IMG/VR virus record: IMGVR_UViG_3300029928_000002
Location: 91,302 to 155,301 of that record
From: a virus
Lineage: Duplodnaviria > Caudoviricetes
Strand: one strand, 5' to 3'
Length of the DNA stretch: 64,000 nt
The stretch's first letter is position 1; each line of letters starts with the position of its first letter. The translations under genes were made by a program, and so were the position numbers. Shown here in pieces: positions 1 to 12,405 of the stretch. The notes beneath the pieces are model-generated. The model saw only the letters and a list, made by a program, of their open reading frames with translations, searched no databases and was not told where the DNA came from.

Positions 1-1854
1 AAGGGAATTACTCATTAGGAATATTTGGATTATGCAAAAGGTGTAGATGAAATAGTGTAGTGGTTGCGGTTGTATAGAGAAGTAAATAACAATCATAGGG
101 TATATGAAGATTTTATGCAGTTAGCTAAAGGAGCTTCTGAAATGTTACAATTAAGTCAAATATTACATCTAAATCAGGGACTATTTAATTCTGATACAGA
201 TATTTTAGCTTTTATAGATAAATTCTCAAACCTCATAAATGATAGAAGGTATCAAAATAATCCCAAAGAGATTATTCCTAAAGAATCCAAAGTTACAATA
301 GATTTACATCAATTTGTAACTAATCCTAAATATAGAAATGATATTATTAACGCCTATGAAGATGTAAAAGTTTCTTTCAATATATTAGATGTATTGGCTA
401 ATATGCCTACATATTTCCAATATTTAAAGACATTGGATTTGCAGCACGCTATGAACTATAATATTTCTAGTAAATATAGAGCAATGACCGATATTGGCAA
501 GAGAGCTGTGAATTATGTAGGAGCACATAGTGCTAAAGATGTTCAAAAGGTATATAAAAGAGTATCTAACTATATAGATATTTACACTGCTGCTAAATGG
601 ATGCTTGAATCTGATTATAATCCTGCCTAGTATGGTGATCATGGTATTAATATATACTTACCTATAGGAGCATATTATTATATTCAAGATGTATCGAATA
701 ATAATATTATTACAAAGCGTAGAGTGACAAAAGGAGAACGTGAAGATATTTTTGGAGAGAAACATATAGTTAACTCTTTGCACGGTATGCCAGTAAATTT
801 AGGTACTGCTAATGGTAGAGCTTCTTTTAAACATTGGATGGAATCTACTGTAATACCTAATTTACAAAAAGGTAGAAATGGTAAAAGAGGAGCTAATAAT
901 AAATATATTACAAACCCCAATTCTCCATTAAGATCTAATCTATTTATATAGAGATTAGGAGTAAATCAATTCACTAAAACTCCTATGGGAAATCCTATAT
1001 TAGGATATGCTTTGGATATTAATATGTCTCCAAGAACTGACCATGAAATTGAACTTTTATATCTATATAAACAACAATTTAATAAGTTAAAAACTTATGG
1101 AGAATATAGTAAATATTATACAGGTACACATAGTTACGATTTAACAGAATTATTCTTCCTATATAATTTATGTACTTATCAAAATAAACTTGGTGAAAAT
1201 ACTCTGACAACGATATTTTAGGATAGTAGGGATTGGGGAATTATAGGAGACTATTATAAATATATCAATACAATGGATCGTTCTAGAGACGTTATAGCTC
1301 CAGAAATTTCTGACATTGTTCAATATATAGCTCCTATAGCCAATAAATACAGTACTAAATTAAAAAACTTCCTAAGTGTTGATTCTATAACAGGAGATGT
1401 TGTTGTGATGACTAGAAAAACCAAGGCGGATATTGAAGTAGAGTAGGAATATACTGATCCAAATGCTAAAATAGATCCATTTAGGGCAACACCTTTAACT
1501 AGAGATGTAAATTATCCTACTTTGGAATCCTTGAATAAAGTAATAAATATTCCAATACTTGATAAATCCGAAGACTCCGATGTTAAACTTAAGAATATTC
1601 CTAAGAGTAATTAGTCGTATGAGGATGAATCGGGTAACGTGATTGATATACGTAATATAAAGATAGAACATACTAACGGAAGTATTCTTAAGATTTTTGT
1701 TAATGATAAATAGATAAAAATACCAAATGAATATTTGAAGTATTTTACCCATATCCCAACAAAGCTATAGTATTTTGGAAAATTACCAAAAGCAGTAAAT
1801 GATTATGGAACATTAGTCGATGATATAGTAACATTAATATCAAGAGTATGTTAA
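1..1854 (+). CDS. C-terminal part of a giant virion-associated protein (crAss-like RNAP/cargo block), TAG recoded; 5' end outside the window
   Basis: Track ORFs 64-630, 724-951 and 985-1221 share frame 1. The frame stays open from base 1 to TAA at 1852-1854, broken only by about 9 TAGs. Product inferred from context. Confidence 0.8.
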
Positions 1855-2942
1855 ATTGTATTAACCCTGAGTTAAATCAGAAAGTTCATGACTTACAAAA
1901 AAAGTCTGGACTTTCTGATTTTCCATTACGCAGTTAGATAAGACATTATCTTACAAATCATAATGGTAGATTACCTGAATTAGATGAATTAAAAGGAGCT
2001 AATTCTGAGCCTTACTTATACAAGGATTTAAATCTGCCTAAAGGAGGAAGTGCTGATATAAAAACTTTGCTTGAAAAAACAGGTGCTCAAACTTTCTCAG
2101 ATGCTATTATTAGTCTAAATAATACTTATAGAGATTTAGAAATTGAAGGTCATGAGTTAAATAATGACACATATTACCTAAAAGTTAGACATAGGCCAAC
2201 AGTAGATAGTAGTATGTTAGGAGTATTTGATGATGCTCAAGTATCTCCAAATGTGAATGTTGTAGATGACCATACATTAATTGTACAAACTGTAAATAAA
2301 TTGGCAAGTTTATATGGAATAACTATACATAGAGTAAAAGAGGATAAATTACCGCAAGGTTCTAAGAAAGGAACTGTTAGAGGATATATTTAGAATGGGG
2401 AAGTATATATTGTAGAAGGTAATAATGGAGTAGATACCAAATTACATGAAATGATGCACTTAATATTGGGCAGTGTAAAATTTCAGAACCCATCTTTATA
2501 TTATAATTTAGTTGCTATGGCTCCTCAATTTTCTGGTTTTAAAGAATGGGCCAGAAACTACGTAAGTACATATGGAAAAGATACCTTAAATGATTTATCT
2601 GAAGAATTTATGGTAAGCAAAATTGCCAACTATTTAAGCGGTTAGAGTAACGATACTCAATTAGCCTCTATGATTAATAATAATCCAGAAATGTGGTATT
2701 AGACTATGTACCATATGAATAGATTACTAGATTCAGTGTTTATGGGAGGGGCTTCTGTTAAAGCAATTCCTGCCAGTAATCTATATAACTATACGTTTAG
2801 GCAAGTGGCTAATATGGTTAATTCTGCAGTAATGTAGAATAAATATTATGGCAGTCTAGATGATGCTTAGACACACCGTATAGAAATGAATCTTAAAAAG
2901 CACTATATGCAAAATGATAGATTGCTAATGAAATGTGAATAA
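1848..2942 (+). CDS. Zincin-like (HExxH) protein, 364 aa, TAG recoded
   Basis: The ATG overlaps the previous stop. About 6 in-frame TAGs, ends at TAA. Motif KLHEMMHL with downstream SEEF is only complete after TAG readthrough. Confidence 0.8.
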
Positions 2943-2953
2943 ATATTTTAAAT

Positions 2954-5900
2954 ATGTTAACTTGTAAATATACTTTATTAGATAAAGACAAATAGTCTAT
3001 AATTGGAGAATTTGACACAGAGGCACAATTAGACGACTTTTTAATAAAATAGGATGAATGTAATAATAATCAGAATATATCAGATATAGTATTTTCTAGA
3101 AGTGCTCCAAATTTGAAAGCTCAACAAATTCTTGAAGAATAGGCAGTTATCTCTAAAGAACTTGAAGAGAAAAGATTGTTATGGAGTAAAGCTATAAAAA
3201 ATGCTGTAGATGATGATTCTGAAATTATCCTTATGGCAGATCCTCCATATATTGGTGTTACTAAATTCTTAGATGGTAGAAGAAATAATGAGGGAGATCT
3301 ACTTACTCCTGAATTTATTAGTGAGAATTATTGGGGGAATAGAAAATCCCATTGGACATCATAGATTCCTGCAGGTTAGAGTATCAAAGATATGTTTAAT
3401 GCTCAAGAAATTAAACTTCTAGCCGACGGAAATACTGACGAAGAGAGATATTAGAATTTCTTACAGAGTAGAACGTCTAATGGAACATATCAACCCCTAA
3501 CTCAGCAGGAAGCAGATAATTTTTAGAAGACTATTTTAAAGAAATGGGCATTTATAAATACAAGAGGTACTGCTATACACTTTGTAATGTAGCAATATTT
3601 CAGTCCGTTAATAGGTGCTGACGGTAAACCACTTACTAAAAATGGTAGAGTTTTTAGAGTGTTTGACTTGACAAATTCTCCACAAACTTTAAGTGGCGTC
3701 AATTTTCCATCTATTACTGATTATATAAATCGGAAAATTAGTACTGATTTGAAATCTTAGATGGGCAGAAAATTTAGTCCGGATCTAATTACTCCAGAAT
3801 TACTTTAGAATGCTCTAAATTTTGCAGAACAGTTCCACGAGCATATTAAAAAAGTGTTAGGACAAACTGAAGATTTGGATTTTTTCCCTGAGTTCAAAAT
3901 AACTGGAGATTTACATACTACTCAAGGCCCTCCAAAATTGATGGGTATTATCGACTTATTGGTATTGGATAATAAAGGAGTAGCTCATATTTTCGACTAT
4001 AAATGTTCTGATAAGAAATACTCCGATTTTAGTGAGGCGAAGAAAAGAGGATTCTATTATCAGCAGGCTATATATAACAGACTGTTAAATCAACATGGCC
4101 TAAATACCTATAACAACAATATTAGAATTGTGCCTATTGCTTTAGATAATTTTAGAGGTGAGAATATAGAATATACTTTATCGGATCCAGATAAAGTTGA
4201 CTTTACTTTTGACAATAAGCTCTATTATCCACCTCAGATGTCTGTAAATATCAGACCTGATATTACTTCTGTAAACTCTAAAGGTGAATCTAGAATACTT
4301 GATAATATAGATGAGTTTTTACCAGAATCTACTGTTACTAATATAGCCTCCGATAAAGCTGTAGAATTTGTAACCACCATGATGGGTAGATTCTTTCCCG
4401 ACTATTCTGGAGGTAAAGAGATAAATGAAGATCTTATTGAGCAGGAAATAAAAGATGCTGGAGGTTTTGAAAGAGATTCTGAAGGTAAATATTCTTTTGA
4501 AGTATCTGCATATAAGAAATTATCTTTTGACGATCCTAAGAAACTGTTAGATGCGGTTATAAAAGAGAGAAAGTATCAATAGTTACGTAAATCTCAGTTA
4601 GCTTCAACTACAATATCTGCTTTAGAGTATGCCCAAAAGAATAACACCAAAGATATACAAGATATTATTAAAAATATTGATACTAGATTCATTTAGGATA
4701 AGAATGCTTATCAGGGATGGTTTAGAAATTATCTGTAGAAATATTGTAATTCTGATTGGCAAATACTGTCTAGTGAGAGTGCCAGATTCTTTGGATTAAT
4801 ATTACTTAGAAATACTGTTAATAATTAGATAGATGTTATTAAATTGTCTGCATCTAGCCTTAAACGTATTAGAAATATAGATAAAAGTAATAAGAATGTA
4901 AATATCGACAGAGCTTTTGAAGACGATATTACTGAAAATCAGAATACTAATTCTAGAATATTACAAGATGCTGAAGGTAATAGAGAATTAATTGAAACTA
5001 TGTTATTCTTAAATACCGTACCGGCATTATTTAGTGGTACTTATAATAATGGAGTGGTTGGTAATATAGAAGTAATAAATCCATTTAGAGGTGAAGGTAT
5101 AGCTGCTTCTAATGAAGAGCTACTTTATTCTTTAAATAAACTATCTCAACACGCTGAGTGGACTGAAGCTAATAATATTGCTAATGGTAATATAAAGTTT
5201 GGAAGTAAGTGGTAGCTATTTAGAAACGAACTTCAAACCGCTTTAAATAATAGTATTGGATTTTAGCTTTCTAACACTGAATATTTCCAACAGGCTTAGA
5301 ATGATATACAGACTACTGTTACTGGAGATAACAATAAAGATGCGAAAATTAATATATTGCTTAGAGTAATTAAAGGTCTCGAAGATGCTTATAATATTAA
5401 TCAGCTTTCAGCCAACTAGTTGAACAGTGAAACTAATTTATCTCCAGCATATAGACTGTATTATGATTCTCTAATTACTTTGGGAGAATTGAGAGGTCTT
5501 AATTTCAGACAGCAATTAAAAGAATCTGCTAAATGGATTGAGAATGGATTAAGTAACATATTAGCTAATGGTATTGGTGGTATTTATGTTGATAACCCTG
5601 GTAACTTAATTTCTGAAACTCTTAACAGTATTACAAAACTACATACTCAAGCTCTTCAAAATAATAGATAGGATATGGTTGGCCCTACAGCTAAAATCAG
5701 GGATCTAACTGAAAGACTTAAAAAAGAGAAGAACTTTGGATATATTACATCATTAGTATAGAATGATATTGATTTATATAAAAATATGTATGAGACTACA
5801 GCTAATGGTGATCTAAGATTTGTAAATGTAAATAAGTTATCAGGAGTTGAAAAAGAATATTTGCAATATGCTTTACGATTGATAAACAGAGATAGGTATC

Positions 5901-8044
5901 CTAATTATACAGAAGCATCTTTAGATTCTATGGAACAGAATGATGATATTGATTATTATAGAGTTCCATTATGTAGAGCAGAATCTAGAGCTAATTAGAG
6001 AGATGCTGGATTGAAAGAAAAACGTAACCCTGATACTGGTGAAATGGAATCTTATTCCAGTAGTTTATGGCAATCTTTTGTAGATACTTTAAAAGCATTT
6101 TCCTTTAAGAATGCCTTTAAGGAAATGTAGGAGAAGATTAATGGAATATTTACAGAAGACGATACTGCTTACAATAATGCTGCCAAGCTGTTCGATTTAA
6201 CTACATCGTTTGATAGAAATGAGCCAAATGCTTCTGGAAACTTATAGGATAGATTGGATAATATAGCTACTAAAGGTACAGGATATTTTGAATAGAATCT
6301 TGAAACTCTTACATTAAAACACGTATTTGCCTATTCCACTAAGAAGAGAATTAATGAAATTATGCCTACAGTAAAAGCCGGTATGGCATTTCTTATTAAT
6401 ATGGGAAATACTCAGAACACTAATTTTACTAATGACTTGGAATATTATGAAAACTATATTAGAAATAAGATAAAAGGCCAGCCTTTGGAAAATGATCCTA
6501 TATTAGGTAACTCTAAAGGAGCGTAGGGGGTTAAAGCTACCGCTGCTAAAATAAGAAGTGCAGCAAGTTTCTTAGCTTTAGGTCTGAATCCAATTCAGTG
6601 GTTTTATCAGAGATTGTAGGGTATATGGACTGATATAGCTTTAATTATCCGTAAACCTGATGGAAATCCTGCATTTACTTTTAAAAACATGGTAGATGCA
6701 TATAAGACTGTAAACAAAGATCTATTCCACTATTCCGATAAACCTACTAAATGTCAACTTATTAATGAATTGTATGGAATAAATGATATGGATATGAATC
6801 AGTATGCGGATAAATTACGTACTGATAAACATGGATTATTCCATATAAATGAACTTGCTTTTAAATTCACTTCTAGGCCTGACTTCTATAACAGAATGAC
6901 TATTATATTAGCGTAGATGAAAGAGTAGGGAGTATGGGATGCTTTAGAGGTAAAGGATAATAAGCTAGTATATAATTGGAGGAAAGATAAAAGATTTAGT
7001 GCTTATGCTAATAATGAAACTTCTAATCCAGACTATATTAAATAGAAGAGTTTATATTTAGCAATAGCTTAGCAATTTGTAGCTGAAGGTGTGTAGAACC
7101 CTGATGGGTCTTTATTTGAAATAGGACAACCTCTACCATACGCCTACACCAATAGAGAAATGGAATCTATGAAATCTTTATGTGATACAATCTATGGATA
7201 TTATTCACATGAAAAGAAATCTATGATACATTCTACTTTCTTGGGAAGTTTGTTTATGCAAATGAGAACCTATTGGTCAGGTAAGAAAAATCAGTACATG
7301 TTAAAAGGCGGTGTAAGATTAAGAGGCCATTGGGAACAATTAAAAGATTCTGATGGAAATCTATTATATTATCAGACTGATGCCGATGGTAATTTAGATA
7401 GAGATGTTCCTCCAGTACCTAAAGAACAAGTTAAAAACTAGTAGATGTTAATACCATTTACTTAGTGGAAAGGTCAGTGGGAAGAAGGAATTGTGCAAAC
7501 TTTTGCAAATACTTTAAGAGCTTTACATAGAGATGATGCCGTAGATTGGTATAATCCTTATACTTGGGTATACGGATATAATAAATATCTAGATACTCTA
7601 GATCCTTCTATGAGAGCTACTTACAGACAAAATTTAAGATAGCTATGGGTAGATTTAATAGGAACTCTGTTATTAGGCTCTCTTATAGGAGGTATTTTAT
7701 CAGAAAAAGATAAAGATCTTATTAAAGAAGCTAAAGATAGTGGAGACCTTACAGATGCCATGCTTGCTTCTATATCACATATAGGTGTACGGTCTTGGGT
7801 AAATTCTGCAGCTGATTTTAATGCTTTAAATAATGTAATTAGCCCAGCTTTGGATTGGAAACCTTATTGTTTCCAATCTATAGGTAACTTAGCCCAAAGA
7901 GCTTTTAATACTTTTACAGGTGATTAGTCTGCTTATAACAACATTATAAATTCATTCTCAGCAACTAAAGCCATTCAACCAGTATTTACTTATATTGCTC
8001 CAGATGGTGGGTATATATTCCCACAAGACGAAGATCAACAATAA
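2954..8044 (+). CDS. Giant (about 1696 aa) virion cargo protein with PD-(D/E)xK nuclease-like domain, TAG recoded
   Basis: Seven track ORFs (3176, 3854, 4844, 5420, 5786, 6689, 7160) are in one frame and end in TAG. Motif GIIDLLVLD...IFDYK...QQAIY. Final TAA at 8042-8044. Confidence 0.85.
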
Positions 8045-8050
8045 AAAAAA

Positions 8051-8085
8051 TAGCCCACAGTAGTCATTAAGATTACTGTGGGCTT
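8051..8085. terminator. Bidirectional intrinsic terminator
   Basis: agcccacagtagtc/gattactgtgggct stem flanked by an A-tract and a T-tract, between convergent gene blocks. Confidence 0.8.
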
Positions 8086-8103
8086 TATTTTTATAAAAAA
8101 AAA

Positions 8104-8143
8104 TAGGGGAAGAAAACCTGATTTCTCAGATTCTCTCCCCAAT
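8104..8143 (-). terminator. Second intrinsic terminator
   Basis: ggggaagaa/ttctctcccc imperfect stem preceded by an A-tract (U-tail on the minus strand). Confidence 0.6.
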
Positions 8144-8154
8144 AGTTTAACAAT

Positions 8155-8853
8155 TTAAATATCCATTACTAATGGACTATATTTATAGTCATATTTATTA
8201 TCTAAAATACTTACACATGCTGTATTTATTCCATCATAATTGACTATATTATGATCACAGCTATGCAGATGCCCAAAGAAATGATATTTAGGTGCAATAC
8301 CTTCTACTCTCCTTTTATCTAATATTTCTTTTAATTCTCGATTTCCCAAATGTTCTTGGTCCTCCAATAATACATCACTTTCTCTATAAGCAGCATCGTG
8401 AGTAAGTAATATGTCACAATTCTTAGGCATCTTATTAAAATTTCCTAACTCTTTTTTAGGACTATACATAAATGCCCAATTTCCAAATGCCCAATTTCCA
8501 AATATCTGACAGTCTGGAGAACCAAATATTACATATGTTTTACCTTCTGAATTTGTATATTCAGCAGATTCATTACATAAATATGTAATATTAGTACCAC
8601 TAAATATATTCTTTAATTTTTCAGTATTATTTTCAAAATATATGTCATGATTTCCTCCTACAAGATATATATTCTTTACATCAATATCTTTACACCAAGG
8701 TATAAAATATTCTCTTATCCAATTAAATACTTTTTCATAATTAAATTGTATTTCTAGTGGAGTTATATCCCCACATATAAATAAGCAATCTAAATTTGTA
8801 TATTCTATAGGAATCAAATTTCCATGTAAATCACTTAATGCACATATCTTCAT
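8155..8853 (-). CDS. Calcineurin-like metallophosphoesterase
   Basis: SDLHG, CGD, GNHD, LTH and GHLH motifs. Confidence 0.9.
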   Translation of the reverse strand: MKICALSDLHGNLIPIEYTNLDCLFICGDITPLEIQFNYEKVFNWIREYFIPWCKDIDVKNIYLVGGNHDIYFENNTEKLKNIFSGTNITYLCNESAEYTNSEGKTYVIFGSPDCQIFGNWAFGNWAFMYSPKKELGNFNKMPKNCDILLTHDAAYRESDVLLEDQEHLGNRELKEILDKRRVEGIAPKYHFFGHLHSCDHNIVNYDGINTACVSILDNKYDYKYSPLVMDI

Positions 8854-9149
8854 ATACTATATATTACATAGTTTTTATCAGTATCAACAAAGAGAGCTGA
8901 ATCTTTTAATCTTTCAACAGCTTCTTCTCTAGATTCACCCTTATGTACGTAGTTATCCAAATCTCCATAATCCCCATTAATCGCTATATTATCTACTACA
9001 AAAGAGGGAGCTGTTTCTGTAGGGAATATTCCATCTCTAAGACATTGTATAAAGTAATCCCACACAATATCTGGAATACTCCAATTTATTTCCTCTCTTC
9101 TTAAATTTAAGAGTTTAATATAATCTTCTACATCAATTGTTATCGTCAT
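8850..9149 (-). CDS. Hypothetical protein
   Basis: ORF overlapping neighbours in operon fashion. Confidence 0.7.
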   Translation of the reverse strand: MTITIDVEDYIKLLNLRREEINWSIPDIVWDYFIQCLRDGIFPTETAPSFVVDNIAINGDYGDLDNYVHKGESREEAVERLKDSALFVDTDKNYVIYSI

Positions 9150-9354
9150 TTGACTTATATTCTAAATATTTAGTTAAGAAATTAATAGCATCTAGCTCAC
9201 CTCTAGTTAAAGAAATAACTCTTTCGCCAATTGTAATATCCCAACCCTCTCCATTAGTCCATTCAGTAACTTCGATAATTTTATCTTCATCATTACAAAG
9301 GTAGTCATAAATCTTTAAATTATCGTAAACAGATTTTCTATTCTTTATTTCCAT
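9133..9354 (-). CDS. Hypothetical phage protein
   Basis: ORF in operon; EVTEWTNGEGWDI segment. Confidence 0.7.
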   Translation of the reverse strand: MEIKNRKSVYDNLKIYDYLCNDEDKIIEVTEWTNGEGWDITIGERVISLTRGELDAINFLTKYLEYKSNDDNN

Positions 9355-9359
9355 AATTT

Positions 9360-10439
9360 TTAAAATCCTAATTTAGAAGATTTTTTTGCAGAGAAGTCAT
9401 TGTCTTCAGTATTATAAATTTCAGCTAATGTCATAGGCTTATTAAATTCTGGACGAAGTTTGTGTACCTTATCTGCAGTGAGTTTATTAAATATATACTT
9501 TAATTTTAATCTACCTTTACGAAGCAATGCTTTATCAATATTAGATTCATCTGTATTATAAGTACATATAAATTTGAGATTTAAAGCATCTCCTAAAATA
9601 CCATCACTCAGATTAAGTAATGCAGATATAGCTGAGTTACCCCCTAAATCTCTACTCTTAAGAAGAGTATCACAGTCTTCCAATACTAATACTGAATTAG
9701 CTCCTTTCTTTATTAAGAATGTCATAAATGCCGTAGAATCTATATTCATTAAAGTATCAGCCGTAAGTAATATAAATTGCTGTTTACAATCATGGATGAG
9801 CTTCTTGATTATAGTCGTCTTACCGGTTCCGCATGGGCCACTAAACAACATTAGTCCAGAAGATTCACTATCACAAAACTCTACCATCTTATCATAAGGT
9901 AGATCGTCATTATAATTATCGAGAGATATATTTAGATTATGTTTTACAGTTAATACCGTACTGTCAAACAATCCTTTAGTATTCTGAGTAATATAAGTAA
10001 ATTCAGCATCTTTATTATTACTATCCTCAATAGGCTTTATAAAAGATTCTAGAATAGTGGGCTTGGTAGCAGAATATACAATTAACTCTTTAGAGTATTC
10101 ACTAATGTAATATACTAATACAAGGACTTCTTTATAAATATAAAGAATTGCATCACTACCATTAGCACTTATAAAAGTCCTACTAAATTCTGCATTCTTG
10201 TTCAATTCTTTAATAAAGAAATTTAAATCGATAAACTTATAATCAGTTAGAGATTTAATAAATAATCTCTCTACGAAAGAATCTATTTCTATTTTACCGT
10301 CTTTATCTATAAACAAACTCCATACTTGATATGGCTTTCCGAACATTAATTGATAAAGATAATCATATTTATCGTCTAAGCACCAATCTTTCAAAATGGA
10401 GGTTATAGCCCCTTCGTATTTAGTTATATTACTTTCCAT
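9360..10439 (-). CDS. AAA+ ATPase
   Basis: Walker A GPCGTGKT, Walker B LVLED, SRH DKALLRKGRL. Confidence 0.9.
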   Translation of the reverse strand: MESNITKYEGAITSILKDWCLDDKYDYLYQLMFGKPYQVWSLFIDKDGKIEIDSFVERLFIKSLTDYKFIDLNFFIKELNKNAEFSRTFISANGSDAILYIYKEVLVLVYYISEYSKELIVYSATKPTILESFIKPIEDSNNKDAEFTYITQNTKGLFDSTVLTVKHNLNISLDNYNDDLPYDKMVEFCDSESSGLMLFSGPCGTGKTTIIKKLIHDCKQQFILLTADTLMNIDSTAFMTFLIKKGANSVLVLEDCDTLLKSRDLGGNSAISALLNLSDGILGDALNLKFICTYNTDESNIDKALLRKGRLKLKYIFNKLTADKVHKLRPEFNKPMTLAEIYNTEDNDFSAKKSSKLGF

Positions 10440-10671
10440 TAGTCAATTCAATTTCTTTATTTAAATACCATGCAGCTTTCTTCAAATCTTCTGTACCATT
10501 TTTATAATGACTTCTCCATAAATATTTAAAAGCATTTAGGTGACAGAATGTTTTAACATTATCATCTCCGAAAGCTGCTTTCATAGCATCTATACATTCT
10601 ATCCCACCCTGATTGTAATGAGTAGGATGGTTCACATTGTCAGTTGTTTTTTCAGTTGCTTTTGCTACCAT
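10429..10671 (-). CDS. DUF3310 / T7 gp1.7-like protein
   Basis: DNVNHPTHY..IECID..NAFKYLWR..KNGTEDLKKAAWY signature. Confidence 0.85.
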   Translation of the reverse strand: MVAKATEKTTDNVNHPTHYNQGGIECIDAMKAAFGDDNVKTFCHLNAFKYLWRSHYKNGTEDLKKAAWYLNKEIELTNGK

Positions 10672-10934
10672 ATATTACCACCTTTTATATAAATTCTATC
10701 TTTAGAGTAATACTCATATTTCTCGTTAGTAATAGTATCTACTACTGTTAATACATATCCATTAGGCACTCTTGAGATATAAGATTTAAATGAATTGGTT
10801 GGATTATGAAATACCATTTCATTCTTCTCACCATAAGTTTCATATATTAAATTATATCTATTTAAGTGCCTATAAGGATGTGTATTAGTACAGTTAATAC
10901 ATACTAAAGATAGCAGTATTATTATATATTTCAA
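10665..10934 (-). CDS. Small putative lipoprotein/secreted protein
   Basis: Hydrophobic N-terminus followed by Cys. Confidence 0.55.
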   Translation of the reverse strand: MKYIIILLSLVCINCTNTHPYRHLNRYNLIYETYGEKNEMVFHNPTNSFKSYISRVPNGYVLTVVDTITNEKYEYYSKDRIYIKGGNIW

Positions 10935-10946
10935 TCTTAAAATATA

Positions 10947-11339
10947 TTAATCTATAAAACAATATACTCCTTTTATATCAGAATATTCTGCATTATTATG
11001 AATATTGTATAGAAATTTGATGTAATCTCTTACAGCTTCTAAGTCTTCAAGATATTCCTTCTTATCAACTATATCCTGAACATCTGGAGATTTAACTTCT
11101 TTTGCAGTGTTAATATATAATTGAGCATTGTTTATCTGCCCTTGCAAATCGTTTAGTATGGAATTAAAAGTATATTCAGTAATTTCTTTCTTTTCCCCTT
11201 CAGAAGAATAAAAGTTACCTGCTTCATATACTGTTTGATATATATCAGAATTTCTAGATATACTATCAAATAGAATAAAGATAGGTTCTTTCATATCCCT
11301 CTTCTTTACCTTAAAATATATATTTAAATAGCTACTCAT
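10947..11339 (-). CDS. Hypothetical protein
   Basis: ORF in operon. Confidence 0.7.
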   Translation of the reverse strand: MSSYLNIYFKVKKRDMKEPIFILFDSISRNSDIYQTVYEAGNFYSSEGEKKEITEYTFNSILNDLQGQINNAQLYINTAKEVKSPDVQDIVDKKEYLEDLEAVRDYIKFLYNIHNNAEYSDIKGVYCFID

Positions 11340-11342
11340 AAT

Positions 11343-12206
11343 TTATACAAAATATTCTTTAGGACAACCATGTTCTTCAAGGAACTTATTTATCTGTTCC
11401 TTTACCATTCTCATTACTATCTTGCAATTAGGATGTGCCACACCATACTTATCATACAGCCTAAGGTCAAGAATATCTTTCCATTCCTTTATAGTATAGG
11501 TATATACAACCCTAGTGGCTGTATCCAATGGTAGAACACCTCTTGCATTCTCAGGCTTAAAGCCGTTTTCAAGCATACCTTTATAAGAAGCATAAGCACT
11601 CTCCATATACTTTAAGTAATCATTTCTTTTCTCTTCATCAGCATCACTCCACCACCATGGCTTACATATATCCAAACCGTCCTTTGATGAACAGTATCTT
11701 GTAGACCTCTCAGCAATGTTGTTAGGAGACTTACGATTCAATTCCCTTGAAGTGGCTATCTGAGTGGTAATGCAGAAGGTCATGCGAAGACTCTTGAAGT
11801 ACTCAGGATTCTTTTCACACTGCTTTAAGAACTCAGGAGCATCCATAGTGACCACAGAACCCTCTTGTAAATCATCTATGGCGTCTCCTACATTCCCAAA
11901 CATATACTCTTGCATATTACAAGAGACACAACCCCAATCCTGGAACACATTGGAGGATATTGTGGAAGTTATGGACTCCCGTTCTATCTTGGACAACCTT
12001 GATAAGTCCAAATATACAGAACCATGCCTAAGCATACTAAGATGGCCTTTATTTATAAGACCTTGCACAAGTTTATTATCTTGCTCTAGAGTATGGGGTT
12101 TATCCTCCCCATCATAACATACCCTCGCACACCTTGCTATATGTTGATTAGAGGTTACTTTACTTTCATCAAAAAATTCAACTTTCGGTTCTATTAATTT
12201 TAGCAT
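11343..12206 (-). CDS. thyX: FAD-dependent thymidylate synthase
   Basis: ARVCY, GHLSML, ERSTRY, ENARGVLP and LDLR..AHP motifs. Confidence 0.85.
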   Translation of the reverse strand: MLKLIEPKVEFFDESKVTSNQHIARCARVCYDGEDKPHTLEQDNKLVQGLINKGHLSMLRHGSVYLDLSRLSKIERESITSTISSNVFQDWGCVSCNMQEYMFGNVGDAIDDLQEGSVVTMDAPEFLKQCEKNPEYFKSLRMTFCITTQIATSRELNRKSPNNIAERSTRYCSSKDGLDICKPWWWSDADEEKRNDYLKYMESAYASYKGMLENGFKPENARGVLPLDTATRVVYTYTIKEWKDILDLRLYDKYGVAHPNCKIVMRMVKEQINKFLEEHGCPKEYFV

Positions 12207-12405
12207 TTTCTAATAATTTTTTACCTTTTTCAGTTAATCTAAATGTTGTATTGGAATTTGTAATACTATCTATATCATTTAGTATATCCATGATGGCATT
12301 ACCATCTCCTATTGGTATAAACTTTCCTATATCAAGGTCTCCGCATTCTACATATATTCCATTATCAAAGAAATGAAATACGGCTGTTGTGTTTTCTCCT
12401 GTCAT
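12178..12405 (-). CDS. Hypothetical protein
   Basis: ORF in operon. Confidence 0.55.
   Translation of the reverse strand: MTGENTTAVFHFFDNGIYVECGDLDIGKFIPIGDGNAIMDILNDIDSITNSNTTFRLTEKGKKLLENAKINRTES

Noticed and set aside
424-1752. Minus-strand ORFs 424-642, 684-920 and 1495-1752
   Set aside because: Antisense shadows of the recoded plus-strand gene.
1-8044. Pseudogene decay or sequencing error as the cause of fragmented ORFs
   Set aside because: The breaks I traced are all TAG, with no frameshifts, TAA or TGA; decay would not be codon-specific.
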